Shown here piece by piece: positions 1 to 8,894 of a DNA stretch of 64,000 nt; the stretch's first letter is position 1; the number at the start of each line of letters is the position of its first letter. The translations under genes were made by a program, and so were the position numbers. The notes beneath the pieces were generated by a model. It ran no database searches. It had not been told where the DNA came from and saw nothing but the letters and a program-made list of their open reading frames with translations. The DNA comes from an uncultured Ignavibacteriales bacterium (GTDB lineage: Bacteria > Zixibacteria > MSB-5A5 > GN15 > JAAZOE01), in the NCBI GenBank assembly GCA_964549765.1, contig CAZJWR010000012.1, positions 1,607-65,606 of the forward strand, given 5' to 3'.

Positions 1-231
1 CGGGCCGACGTCGTATCCATCCCGGTCGGACGCGAATCCGAATCGCTGGCTGTCAAGGCGCCCGTTTCGCCTTCGCTGATGGAGGGCGTGTTATCATCTG
101 AGGAAAAGAATGAGTTGATGAAACACTTTGCCCGGTTCGGCGATGCGCAACAGCAGTCGCCGATTTACGGCGCCGGGGCGCAGACGCGCGCCGCCGCCGG
201 AACCGGTTACCAGGTGGATGTAAAAGCATGA
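1..231 (+). CDS. 3' end of an unidentified ORF entering from the left edge (hypothetical protein, partial)
   Basis: Frame 1 is open from base 1 to TGA 229-231 (...FARFGDAQQQSPIYGAGAQTRAAAGTGYQVDVKA*). The stop overlaps the fliE ATG (ATGA at 228-231). The C-terminus lacks the rod-protein ending expected of FlgC, the usual gene upstream of fliE, so the product is left open. Confidence 0.4.
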   Translation, partial: RADVVSIPVGRESESLAVKAPVSPSLMEGVLSSEEKNELMKHFARFGDAQQQSPIYGAGAQTRAAAGTGYQVDVKA

Positions 232-527
232 ACGGGATCAAGATAACGCCGCAGCAAATAACGTCGCTGCCCCAGTTGCAGAAGCCGAAAGCCGGCGGGG
301 AGGGGCAGGACAGTTTTGGCGACCTCCTGAAGAATGCTGTCAACAACGTCGAGAACCTGCAGCAGGAGGCGACCGTGGCGCAAGACAAACTGGTTTCGGG
401 CGAAGCTGCTGAACTCCACCAGGTGATGATCGCCGCCGAAAAGGCGGGCCTGTCGTTCGATTTGCTTCTGGAAATCCGACGACGACTGGTGGACGCGTAT
501 CAGGAGCTGATCCGCATGCCGGTGTAA
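228..527 (+). CDS. fliE: flagellar hook-basal body complex protein FliE
   Basis: 99 aa. The conserved FliE C-terminal half is present (GEAAELHQVMIAAEKAGLSFDLLLEIRRRLVDAYQELIRMPV). It sits directly upstream of fliF. Confidence 0.9.
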   Translation: MNGIKITPQQITSLPQLQKPKAGGEGQDSFGDLLKNAVNNVENLQQEATVAQDKLVSGEAAELHQVMIAAEKAGLSFDLLLEIRRRLVDAYQELIRMPV

Positions 528-561
528 CCAAGAATGATATTCAAGTCAAATAGGATTTGAT

Positions 562-2145
562 ATGGAATATCTTAAACACGTTTTATCGTATCTTTCGGAA
601 ACAGTAAGGCGGATGTCGATCAGCCAGGTGGTCATGCTCGTGGCCATCGTCGTCGGTAGTATCGTCGGCGTTGTCACCGTGGCCGGATGGCTGGGAAAAG
701 TCACCTATCAGCCGCTCTACGCCAACCTCGATCCGGCCGCCGCCGCCGATGTCACCCGCTATCTCAACGAGCACGGCATCAAGTATCAGTTGAGCGCCGG
801 AGGGACGACCGTCGAAGTCCCCGAGGGTGACCTGTACGAGGCCCGCATGGGGCTGGCGTCGCAGGGGCTTCCCAATTCAGGCACGGTCGGTTACTCGATT
901 TTCGACGAAACCAATTTGGGGATGACCGATTTTCTCCAGAAGCTCAATTTCCGCCGGGCGCTCGAAGGGGAACTGGCTCGAACAATCACTTCCCTCAACG
1001 AAGTCCAGGCGGCCCGGGTGCATATCGTCATTCCCGAAGAGCGCCTTTTTGCCGAACAGCAGAAGGAGGCGACCGCCTCGGTCGTGCTGAAACTGCGTCA
1101 ACCGGGCGCGATAACCAAATCGCAGGTCGGCGGTATCACCAACCTGGTGGCGTCGGCGGTTGAGGGACTCAAGCCGAACAAAATTACCATTGTCGATTAC
1201 GATGGGAATATGCTGTCGTCCCGAACCGCCGGCGACGAACTGGCGGCGATGACCGGTTCGCAATTGGAAATGACCCGCCAGGTGGAACACGATCTCGAAA
1301 ACAAAGCGCAAAGTATGCTCGACGGCGTCCTGGGTCCGGGCAAGGGCATCGTCCGCGTGACGGCGGATCTGAATTTTCAGCAGTATTCCAAGATGGCCGA
1401 GACGTACGATCCGAACATGACGGCGGTCGTATCCGAGCAACGCACTCAGGGGACCAATACCGCATCCAAAACGAACGGCGAGAAAGCGGAGAATAAAGAG
1501 GACGAAAAGAACGAAGTCACGGTCACCAACTATGAGGTCTCCAAAACGACCGAAACGGTCAACAATGCCGTCGGGACCATCAAACGGCTTTCGGTGGCGG
1601 TGCTGCTCGACGGCAATTATCGCACCATTGTCAATAATGAGGGCGTCGAGCAAAAAATATATGAACCGCGTCCACTGGAAGAGGTGGACCGGCTGGCGTC
1701 AATAGTCAAAAACGCCGTCGGGTTTTCCGCCGACCGGGACGATCAGATCGAAATCGTCAACATCGCCTTCGATAAGTCATATCTGAATGATCAGCAGAAG
1801 ATGCTGGATCAACAGTATTCGCGGGAATTCTATTACGATATCATCAAAAAAGTGCTGATAGCTCTGGCCTTGGTCGGATTGGCGCTGTGGCTGCGCAAGC
1901 GAATCAAAAACTTCTTTGCCGGACTGACCAGGATCCTGCCGCCCGCGCCGCGCTCCACGGGTGTGCGCACAATACGTACCGCACAGGCCAAAGCCGATCT
2001 CGGCGCCGAACCGCCTCCGGCGGAGGACATCGAGGAAATCATTCCCGAAAAGCGCCAGCTCAAGCTGGTCGACCGGATGCAGAAAGTGGCCAAGGACGAG
2101 CCCGAGGAAATCGCGAAAGTTATCAAAACGATGATGGTCGAGTAG
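562..2145 (+). CDS. fliF: flagellar M-ring protein FliF
   Basis: 527 aa. It has an N-terminal TM segment, then YQPLYANLDP...GIKYQL...GLPNSG..GYSIFD...RALEGELARTI, a second TM near the C-terminus and an acidic FliG-binding tail. These features are typical of FliF. Confidence 0.96.
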   Translation: MEYLKHVLSYLSETVRRMSISQVVMLVAIVVGSIVGVVTVAGWLGKVTYQPLYANLDPAAAADVTRYLNEHGIKYQLSAGGTTVEVPEGDLYEARMGLASQGLPNSGTVGYSIFDETNLGMTDFLQKLNFRRALEGELARTITSLNEVQAARVHIVIPEERLFAEQQKEATASVVLKLRQPGAITKSQVGGITNLVASAVEGLKPNKITIVDYDGNMLSSRTAGDELAAMTGSQLEMTRQVEHDLENKAQSMLDGVLGPGKGIVRVTADLNFQQYSKMAETYDPNMTAVVSEQRTQGTNTASKTNGEKAENKEDEKNEVTVTNYEVSKTTETVNNAVGTIKRLSVAVLLDGNYRTIVNNEGVEQKIYEPRPLEEVDRLASIVKNAVGFSADRDDQIEIVNIAFDKSYLNDQQKMLDQQYSREFYYDIIKKVLIALALVGLALWLRKRIKNFFAGLTRILPPAPRSTGVRTIRTAQAKADLGAEPPPAEDIEEIIPEKRQLKLVDRMQKVAKDEPEEIAKVIKTMMVE

Positions 2146-2152
2146 GCGGACT

Positions 2153-3169
2153 ATGAATATCAAGTACGAAGATTTGTCCCCGACCCAGAAAGCCGCTATT
2201 TCGCTGGTGGCGTTCGGGACGGAAGTGGCGTCGCTGGTGCTCAAGACGCTCAACGAGGAAGAACTCGAAAAGCTGACGGTGGAAATCGCCAACCTGCGCG
2301 AGGTCCCGCCGGATGTCGAGGAAAAAGTCATCGCTGAATGCCATGATATTTTTATGGCCCGGCAGTACGTCTCCAAGGGCGGTGTCGATTTCGCCAAGGA
2401 GATTCTCGAAAAGGCGGTGGGCAGCCGGCGGGCGCTGGATATTTTAAACCGCTTGGAATCATCGCTGCGGACGTCTGGATTCAACCTGCTGAAAAATATC
2501 GATGCCAAACACCTCGTCAATTTCATCCAGAACGAACATCCGCAGACGATCTCGCTCATATTGACGCAGTTGATGCCGCATCAGGCGGCGGCAGTTCTGG
2601 CGGAATTGCCGCCGGAATTGCAGTCCGAAGTAGCGCTTCGGGTCGCCAGCATGGAAAAAATATCGCCCGAGGTGCTCAAAGAGGTCGAATCGACGCTCGA
2701 ATCCCATTTCCAGAATACCGGCGGGCGTGATCTGTCGGTGTCCGGCGGAGCCAAAACCATCGCCGAAATTCTGAACCTGATCGAAAGCACCGCGGAAAAA
2801 AATATCCTCAAGGCCATCGAGGGCGAAAATCCCGACCTAGCCGCCGAAATCAAGAACATGATGTTCGTCTTCGACGATCTCATTCTGCTCGATGATCGCA
2901 GCGTCCAGCGGCTTCTCAAAGAAGTCGAATCCAAAGATCTGGCGATCTCGCTCAAAGCGGCGTCGGAAGAAGTCAAAAACAAGATTTTCGCCAACGTTTC
3001 CGAACGGGTGGCGGTGCTGATCAAGGAAGAGATGGAATTCATGGGGCCGATGCGGCTGTCCGATGTCGAGTCGGCGCAGCAACGGATCGTGGAATCGATC
3101 AGGCGTCTCGAAGAAGAAGGCCAGATCGTCGTCGCCGGAAGGGGCGGGAAGGAAGATATCATTGTCTAA
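2153..3169 (+). CDS. fliG: flagellar motor switch protein FliG
   Basis: 338 aa. FliG motifs are present (LSPTQKAAISLVAFG, EHPQTISLILTQL, MFVFDDLILLDDRSVQRLLKEV). It follows fliF. Confidence 0.96.
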   Translation: MNIKYEDLSPTQKAAISLVAFGTEVASLVLKTLNEEELEKLTVEIANLREVPPDVEEKVIAECHDIFMARQYVSKGGVDFAKEILEKAVGSRRALDILNRLESSLRTSGFNLLKNIDAKHLVNFIQNEHPQTISLILTQLMPHQAAAVLAELPPELQSEVALRVASMEKISPEVLKEVESTLESHFQNTGGRDLSVSGGAKTIAEILNLIESTAEKNILKAIEGENPDLAAEIKNMMFVFDDLILLDDRSVQRLLKEVESKDLAISLKAASEEVKNKIFANVSERVAVLIKEEMEFMGPMRLSDVESAQQRIVESIRRLEEEGQIVVAGRGGKEDIIV

Positions 3170-3878
3170 TATCCGTTCCATACGCTTGGCCGACCGGAGA
3201 GTATTCATTGGTGAAGAGGCCGTCGATCAACAGACGCAGCGCGAGGCCGAACACCTGCTGCAGTCTCTCCATCCCAATCTCAAAGTGACGACGACCGCCG
3301 ATGGCAAACGGCAAATATCTTTACAAGATATTTTGCTGCTGGAGCAGACGCATCAGCAGGAAAAAGAAATCGCCGAAAAAAAAGCCTACGAAAGCGGCCA
3401 GGAGGCCGGATACGCCGCCGGGCTGGAAAAAGGCCGGGAAGAGGCCCGGAAGGTGGTGGCGTCGCTGTCGAAGGTACTATCTGATATCTCGGGGCAGCGC
3501 GAGGCGATCCTCCAGGAAGCCCGTGAGAAAATTTTTGAACTGGTGCTGAAAATCTCCCGGCGACTGACCTTCACCGCCGCCGAAATCGATCCCGAAGTCA
3601 CCATGGCCATCATCAACGGCGCCATCGACCAACTGCTGGACAAGAGCAGACTCAAAGTAAAGATCCATCCCAACCACCTTCCCGAAGTCGAGCAGCATAT
3701 CGACCGCTTCCGCGGCGCCGACACCAAGATCAAAGAATTTATTCTCGAAGCCGATCCCCGCGTCCGGGTCGGAGGATGCTTCATCGAAACCCCTGCCGGG
3801 GACATCGACGCCCGACTCGATTCCATGTACGAAGTTATCAAACAGGCCATCCTCGACGATAAGGGCGCGGCGCTGTGA
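3162..3878 (+). CDS. fliH: flagellar assembly protein FliH (start uncertain)
   Basis: The ORF is open from 3063 but overlaps fliG by ~100 nt. TTG 3162 follows GGAAGGAAG (3146-3154). The C-terminal half (IHPNHLPEVEQHI...GGCFIETPAGDIDARLDSM) is FliH/YscL-like, and the stop overlaps the fliI start. Confidence 0.75.
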   Translation: MSNIRSIRLADRRVFIGEEAVDQQTQREAEHLLQSLHPNLKVTTTADGKRQISLQDILLLEQTHQQEKEIAEKKAYESGQEAGYAAGLEKGREEARKVVASLSKVLSDISGQREAILQEAREKIFELVLKISRRLTFTAAEIDPEVTMAIINGAIDQLLDKSRLKVKIHPNHLPEVEQHIDRFRGADTKIKEFILEADPRVRVGGCFIETPAGDIDARLDSMYEVIKQAILDDKGAAL

Positions 3879-5227
3879 AAATTCCGTACGATTTCTACGC
3901 CGACAAAATCGACCATGTCCGGCTGGTCCAGCAGTACGGAACGGTCAGCCGGGTGGCCGGACTGGTAGTGGAGTCGAAAGGGCCTGCGGTGCCGATCGGG
4001 TCGTTGTGCCGGATTGAATCACCGGAAACACGATCGTCGATTCCCGCTGAGGTCGTCGGATTCAAAGAAAATATACTGTATCTCATGCCGCTGGGGAGCA
4101 TCCAGGGGGTTAATCCGGGTTCGATCGTGACCAGCACGGGAGAGCAATTGCGCGTTTCGGTCGGCGATCATCTGATCGGCCGGGTCGTCAGTGGCCTTGG
4201 CGTGCCGATTGATGATCGGGGAGGATTGATCAGCACCGTTCGCCGCGCCCTCTATGCCGAGCCTCCGCCGAGTCTGAAACGTAAAAGAATTGTCGATCCG
4301 CTTTTTACCGGCGTCAAGGCTATCGATACCATGATTACCTGCGGCAAAGGGCAACGGATCGGGATATTTTCCGGATCCGGCGTCGGCAAGTCGGTCCTCA
4401 TGGGTATGATCGCCCGAAACACCAGCGCCGACGTGACCGTGATAGGTCTGATCGGCGAACGCAGTCGGGAAGTCAAGGAATTCGTTACCGGGGATCTCGG
4501 CGAGGACGGTTTGGCGCGATCGGTGGTCGTGGCGGTGACATCCGATGAACCGGCCCTGATTCGCCTCAAAGGCATCCTGACGGCGACGACCATCGCCGAA
4601 TATTTCCGGGATCAGGGGAAAGACGTATTGCTTCTGGTCGATTCTCTCACTCGTGTCGCTATGGCTCAGCGGGAAATCGGCCTGGCGGTGGGCGAACCGC
4701 CGGCTACCAAGGGGTATCCGCCCTCAGCCTTCGCACTTCTTCCCAAAATACTCGAACGGTCGGGCCCGGGCGAAAACGGTTCCATCACCGGCCTCTACAC
4801 CGTTTTGGTCGAAGGCGATGATTTCAACGAACCGATATCGGACGCGGTGCGTTCGGTGATCGACGGTCATGTCGTCCTGTCGCGTTCGCTGGCGTCGCGC
4901 AATCAATATCCGGCCATCGATGTGCTCGAATCGGTCAGCCGCCTGATGCTGGATGTCATCACGCCCGAGCATCGTGCGGTTGTCGGGAAGATCAAGGAAC
5001 TCTTGTCCGTATACCGCGACGCGGAAGACTTGATCAACATCGGCGCCTATGTCAAGGGATCATCGGACAAGATCGATGACGCCATCGCCAACATAGAGCG
5101 CATAAATCAGTTCCTGCAACAGGATATTCATGATCGCATCGATCCCGAGGAGGCCATAGGGGAATTGTTCGGCCTGATCGATACCACTCCGCAGCCCATG
5201 CCTGAGAAGACACATGCGCAGGTTTAA
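3875..5227 (+). CDS. fliI: flagellum-specific ATPase FliI
   Basis: 450 aa. It has a Walker A (GIFSGSGVGKS), a Walker B (DVLLLVDSLTR) and the F1/T3SS ATPase signature (SITGLYTVLVEGDD). Confidence 0.97.
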   Translation: MKIPYDFYADKIDHVRLVQQYGTVSRVAGLVVESKGPAVPIGSLCRIESPETRSSIPAEVVGFKENILYLMPLGSIQGVNPGSIVTSTGEQLRVSVGDHLIGRVVSGLGVPIDDRGGLISTVRRALYAEPPPSLKRKRIVDPLFTGVKAIDTMITCGKGQRIGIFSGSGVGKSVLMGMIARNTSADVTVIGLIGERSREVKEFVTGDLGEDGLARSVVVAVTSDEPALIRLKGILTATTIAEYFRDQGKDVLLLVDSLTRVAMAQREIGLAVGEPPATKGYPPSAFALLPKILERSGPGENGSITGLYTVLVEGDDFNEPISDAVRSVIDGHVVLSRSLASRNQYPAIDVLESVSRLMLDVITPEHRAVVGKIKELLSVYRDAEDLINIGAYVKGSSDKIDDAIANIERINQFLQQDIHDRIDPEEAIGELFGLIDTTPQPMPEKTHAQV

Positions 5228-5657
5228 ATACCGGTTCGAAAAAATCCTGACGTTCCGGCAGCATCAGGAAAAACAGCGCCAACGGGAACTGGCGACGGTG
5301 CAGCAGTTGGAGCAGTCCCAGCAACAAAAGATAGGCGACATTCTGGCCAAACAGGCCGAAACCCGGCGGGAGAAAGAACGTCACCTGGTGGGGGCGATTG
5401 TCCCGTCCTGCCTGTCGGGATTCTATCGGTATCATCTCATGCTGAAACAAAAGGAACTGACCGGACGCGAGGTGCTTCAACAGATCGGCAAAGAGATCGA
5501 CAAGAGGCGGGCGGTGTTGATTGAAGCGACGCGGAAAAGGAAAATTTACGAAAAACTCAAAGAACGGCATCAGGCGCGATTCGAGCACGACATCAATCTC
5601 TGGATGCAGAAGGAAAATGACGAGAACGGCCAGAAAATTTTTATACGCAACAGTTGA
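5214..5657 (+). CDS. fliJ: flagellar export protein FliJ
   Basis: 147 aa, coiled-coil and charged (RFEKILTFRQHQEKQRQRELA...). It overlaps the fliI end by 14 nt, in the canonical fliH-I-J order. Confidence 0.8.
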   Translation: MRRFKYRFEKILTFRQHQEKQRQRELATVQQLEQSQQQKIGDILAKQAETRREKERHLVGAIVPSCLSGFYRYHLMLKQKELTGREVLQQIGKEIDKRRAVLIEATRKRKIYEKLKERHQARFEHDINLWMQKENDENGQKIFIRNS

Positions 5658-5677
5658 TCCTTCTCACCTCCTTTCAT

Positions 5678-5710
5678 AAAAAAAGCCCCGGTCGATTGCC
5701 GGGGCTTTTT
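5678..5710. terminator. bidirectional rho-independent terminator shared by fliJ (+) and the minus-strand gene 5729..7000
   Basis: AAAAAAA-GCCCCGG-tcgattg-CCGGGGC-TTTTT: a 7 bp GC stem (5685-5691 / 5699-5705) flanked by an A-run and a T-run, so it reads as a terminator on both strands. Confidence 0.8.
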
Positions 5711-5728
5711 ATATCCGTCGGTCATGCA

Positions 5729-7000
5729 TTATTTCATCAGGAGCATTTTCTTCGATTGCGTCATGCGGTCGGTTTTGATGACATATAGATATACGCCGGT
5801 GGCAAGCGGCCGCCCGTTGCCGTCGGAACCATCGAAAACAACACTGTGATTGCCGGGGGGCAGAACGTCATCGACGAGAGTACGCACTCGCTGGCCGAGA
5901 ATATCATAGACTTCGAGGCGAACATGCGACCGTTCCGGCAGCGTGTAGGCAATCGCTGTCGTGGGATTGAACGGGTTGGGAACATTCTGCTCCAACCGGA
6001 ATTCCATCGGCATTTGGGATGCGGTTTCCTCATCGACCGCAGTCCCGAGGTCGATTGAAACGGTTCCGGGCGCGAAGGCCGGGTAAATTTTCAAATAATT
6101 AAAGAACTCCCCGAACTGAAAATAGAAGTCGGATATATAGGCGTCGGTGGTGTCGATGCTCACCGTCGCGGTCGTTCCGGATGAGAGGGTCGTGAAATGC
6201 AGCACCGCGATCGGTCCGGAGCCGACCGGCATAAGCGCGCCGTCGGCAAACCCGAAAGTGATGAGCAGCTTCTTGTCCGTATTATCGTACATGGCGTTGG
6301 CCAATAGGGCGTTTTCCGTCCGGGTGCCGGTCAGCGTCATGGAATCGAAATTGACGTTGTCCGAAAGGTATTCGAGCGGTAGGCTGATATGATACAACGG
6401 CTCGGAATTGTAGGCGTTGATGGCGACGCTGAATTGGTCGCCGGCGCCGATCGAGGCGTCACTGACCCAGACCGAATCCGGGAAGGCAGGGATGTAGCTA
6501 TTGTCGATATACCCCCTGCGAAATTCAGGAGTATGCGACGTACTCGAAACCGAGGAGAACGTCAGATGCGTAACGATAAGCGTGGTATCGATGACGACGA
6601 GGTTGTCGGGGTATTCATCGGGAATGCCCATAAACATTGTCGCAAAAAGCCCTTTGCCCGGCCCAATCGGCGTATTATCCTGACCGAAATACAGGGCGCC
6701 TATTTTACAGGTACCCAGTGTCGAATCAATAGTTACGATTGTGAACAGGTTGTTTTCGATGCGGCTGCCGACGAAGGAGACCGAATCGATAATAATCGCC
6801 GGATCGCTGAGTTTCAGAGGCACATCCATGGCGATGACGGAGTCGGCGTTGGAGAACGTGATATCCAGGACAGCCTTTTGGCCGGAGTGGGTGGCGATCG
6901 AGTCGATCCACAGGGTATCAGTCGAGGCGGACGGCAGTTGCTGGGCGCCTGCCAAAGAACTCAATGCCAAAAGGGCTGCTAAAATTAATCGTGCTCTCAT
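5729..7000 (-). CDS. secreted surface protein with two cohesin-like beta-sandwich modules and a T9SS (Por) C-terminal sorting domain
   Basis: Signal peptide MRARLILAALLALSSLAGAQQ. Two similar modules are present (..GQKAVLDITFSNADSVIAMDVPLKL.. and ..GDQFSVAINAYNSEPLYHISLPLEY..). The C-terminus LEQNVPNPFNPTTAIAYTLPERSHVRLEVYDILGQRV...GVYLYVIKTD...KKMLLMK matches the T9SS type-A / FlgD-Ig-like sorting domain. Confidence 0.8.
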   Translation of the reverse strand: MRARLILAALLALSSLAGAQQLPSASTDTLWIDSIATHSGQKAVLDITFSNADSVIAMDVPLKLSDPAIIIDSVSFVGSRIENNLFTIVTIDSTLGTCKIGALYFGQDNTPIGPGKGLFATMFMGIPDEYPDNLVVIDTTLIVTHLTFSSVSSTSHTPEFRRGYIDNSYIPAFPDSVWVSDASIGAGDQFSVAINAYNSEPLYHISLPLEYLSDNVNFDSMTLTGTRTENALLANAMYDNTDKKLLITFGFADGALMPVGSGPIAVLHFTTLSSGTTATVSIDTTDAYISDFYFQFGEFFNYLKIYPAFAPGTVSIDLGTAVDEETASQMPMEFRLEQNVPNPFNPTTAIAYTLPERSHVRLEVYDILGQRVRTLVDDVLPPGNHSVVFDGSDGNGRPLATGVYLYVIKTDRMTQSKKMLLMK

Positions 7001-7374
7001 ACTGACAACTTCATAGGGTTTTTCTTCCAGGGGTCAAAGCAAAAATGGTGCGTAACGATCGGGCATATTGCAGTCGACGACACAGGACCCCCCGGGAAAA
7101 TATTAAGTCGCGGTTTAATAATAGGATACCGCTGTATTGGTAAAAGATAATACAGCCCCGAGCCGGATACAAACATTTTTTCGCTCGTTATACCCGTTGC
7201 ATGGTTGCAGATAATTGCTCATGATCCGGCGGCACCATATGGCCTGTCCGCCCGCGAATTCAGGCCATGAATCAGAATCCCCGATCAAGGTTGAATTTCC
7301 GCCGGATTTGTGTTAGAATACCCGGTGGAAAAAGGCGTGCAGGAATGATATTACCGGATAACAAATTCATCCGG

Positions 7375-7896
7375 ATGCGGAAAATCCTGGTAATCGGGCA
7401 TCCCGGAGCCGGGAAAACGACCCTGGCGGTCAGAATGGGCAGGAGGCTGCACCTGCCGGTGATACACCTTGATAGGGAATTCTGGATGCCCGGCTGGCAG
7501 CAGCCTCCGCGAGAAGAATGGCGGGAACGGGTCCGGAAGATGGTCGCGGGGGAGAGGTGGATTATCGACGGTACCTATGACAATTCTCTGGACGTTCGAC
7601 TGCCGCAAGCCGATATAATCGTCTTTCTTGATTTTCCCACCGGTCTGTGTCTGTGGCGGATTGTCAAAAGGTTACTGCGCGGATACGGGCGGGTGCGGCT
7701 TGATATGGGCGATGGATGCCGCGAAAGAGTCGATTGGGCATTCATCAAATTCGTTTGGCAATATCGGAAAATCCGCCGCCCGCGTATCCTGACCGCTCTG
7801 GAGAAATACACGCCCGATGAGAATATCATCCGGCTGATCTCTCCGGGTGAAGTGGATTCGTTTGCCCGGGAATTAGAATGCAGAACGGCGCCATGA
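7375..7896 (+). CDS. FlaR-like P-loop NTPase (DNA topology modulation / adenylate-kinase-like family)
   Basis: MRKILVIGHPGAGKTTLA...VIHLDREFWMPGWQQPPREEW...WIIDGTYDNSLDVRLPQADIIVFLDFP..CLWRIVKR matches the FlaR/topology-modulation family end to end. Family members start right at the P-loop, so ATG 7375 is preferred over 7267/7345. Confidence 0.8.
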   Translation: MRKILVIGHPGAGKTTLAVRMGRRLHLPVIHLDREFWMPGWQQPPREEWRERVRKMVAGERWIIDGTYDNSLDVRLPQADIIVFLDFPTGLCLWRIVKRLLRGYGRVRLDMGDGCRERVDWAFIKFVWQYRKIRRPRILTALEKYTPDENIIRLISPGEVDSFARELECRTAP

Positions 7897-7930
7897 ATTT
7901 TCGAATGCCCGTATCGGTAAGGACGGACAA

Positions 7931-8686
7931 GTGATTTCCGATTTTCAGTATCGCGTCGTCACCGGCCGTGACGCCCCGGATACAATCGCCGCGGCAGCCC
8001 GGCGGATCGGCGGCGAATGGCCGGAATTTATGCTGCATGACCCGGTCGCCGACAACTTCCCGTATTGCTACGACAATCTTCCCGATTATCAATTCGTGCT
8101 GTTGGATACGCAAAGTCAGGAACCGGTCACAATCGGCAATTCGATTCCGCTGGCCTAGAATGATGCCCTGGATAATCTGCCCGACGACGGCTGGGATTGG
8201 GCCATGATCAATGGAGTTGATAGCCATCGGAGGGGCTGCCGTCCCAATCTCCTTTGCGCTCTGCAGGTTGTCGTCTTCAGCGAATACCGTGGACGGGGCA
8301 TCAGCAAAGTTGCAGTCGAGGCGATGCGCGCCATCGGCCGGTCAAGGGGGCTTGCCGATATGATCGCACCGGTACGCCCCAGCCGCAAACACGAATTTCC
8401 CCGAGTGCCCATTTCCGAATATATAAAGCGGACCGATAGCGCCGGCAGACCATTCGATCCGTGGCTCCGCGTGCATTCTGACCTTGGGGCCAAAATCGTC
8501 AAACCTTGCCCGACGGCGATGAGGATCACCGGTACGGTGGCGCAATGGGAGGAATGGACCGGAATACAATTCCCCGGAAGCGGCGACTATATAATTCCCG
8601 GGGCGCTGGTTCCGGTTATTATCGATTGCGAGTCCGACCGGGGCGACTATATCGAACCCAATGTCTGGATGCACCATCCCGGCTGA
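7931..8686 (+). pseudogene. GNAT-family N-acetyltransferase interrupted by one in-frame TAG (8156-8158)
   Basis: ORFs 7931..8158 and 8204..8686 are in the same frame. Read-through gives ...GNSIPLA*NDALDNLPDDGWDWAMINGVD...LCALQVVVFSEYRGRGISKV...IAPVRPSRKHEFP...DPWLRVHSDLGAKIV...GTVAQWEEWTG. From memory, homologs of this family have Trp (TGG) where the TAG lies. Confidence 0.7.
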
Positions 8687-8894
8687 GGCACCCTCCGGCC
8701 CTTTCGGCCGCCGCCCTATCGGCTTCTAAATTCATTGTCCTGTTAAGCTTTCAGGGAAATTCTCCGATCATAGGTGTAGAAGTAATAGTCCGTGCAGTTC
8801 GATTGGTACGGAATTCATGAAAGGTTCACGTCATCTTCCGGGCCGGCGATTCGAACCAGACGGGCAAAGACTGACAAAAAAGGTATCACACTGA

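Noticed and set aside
8156-8158. Possibility that TAG is a sense codon (genetic-code reassignment or pyrrolysine).
   Set aside because: TAG terminates well-defined genes in the same window (fliF at 2143-2145, fliC at 24561-24563, and the minus-strand gene ending at 29807-29809) at the expected protein ends.
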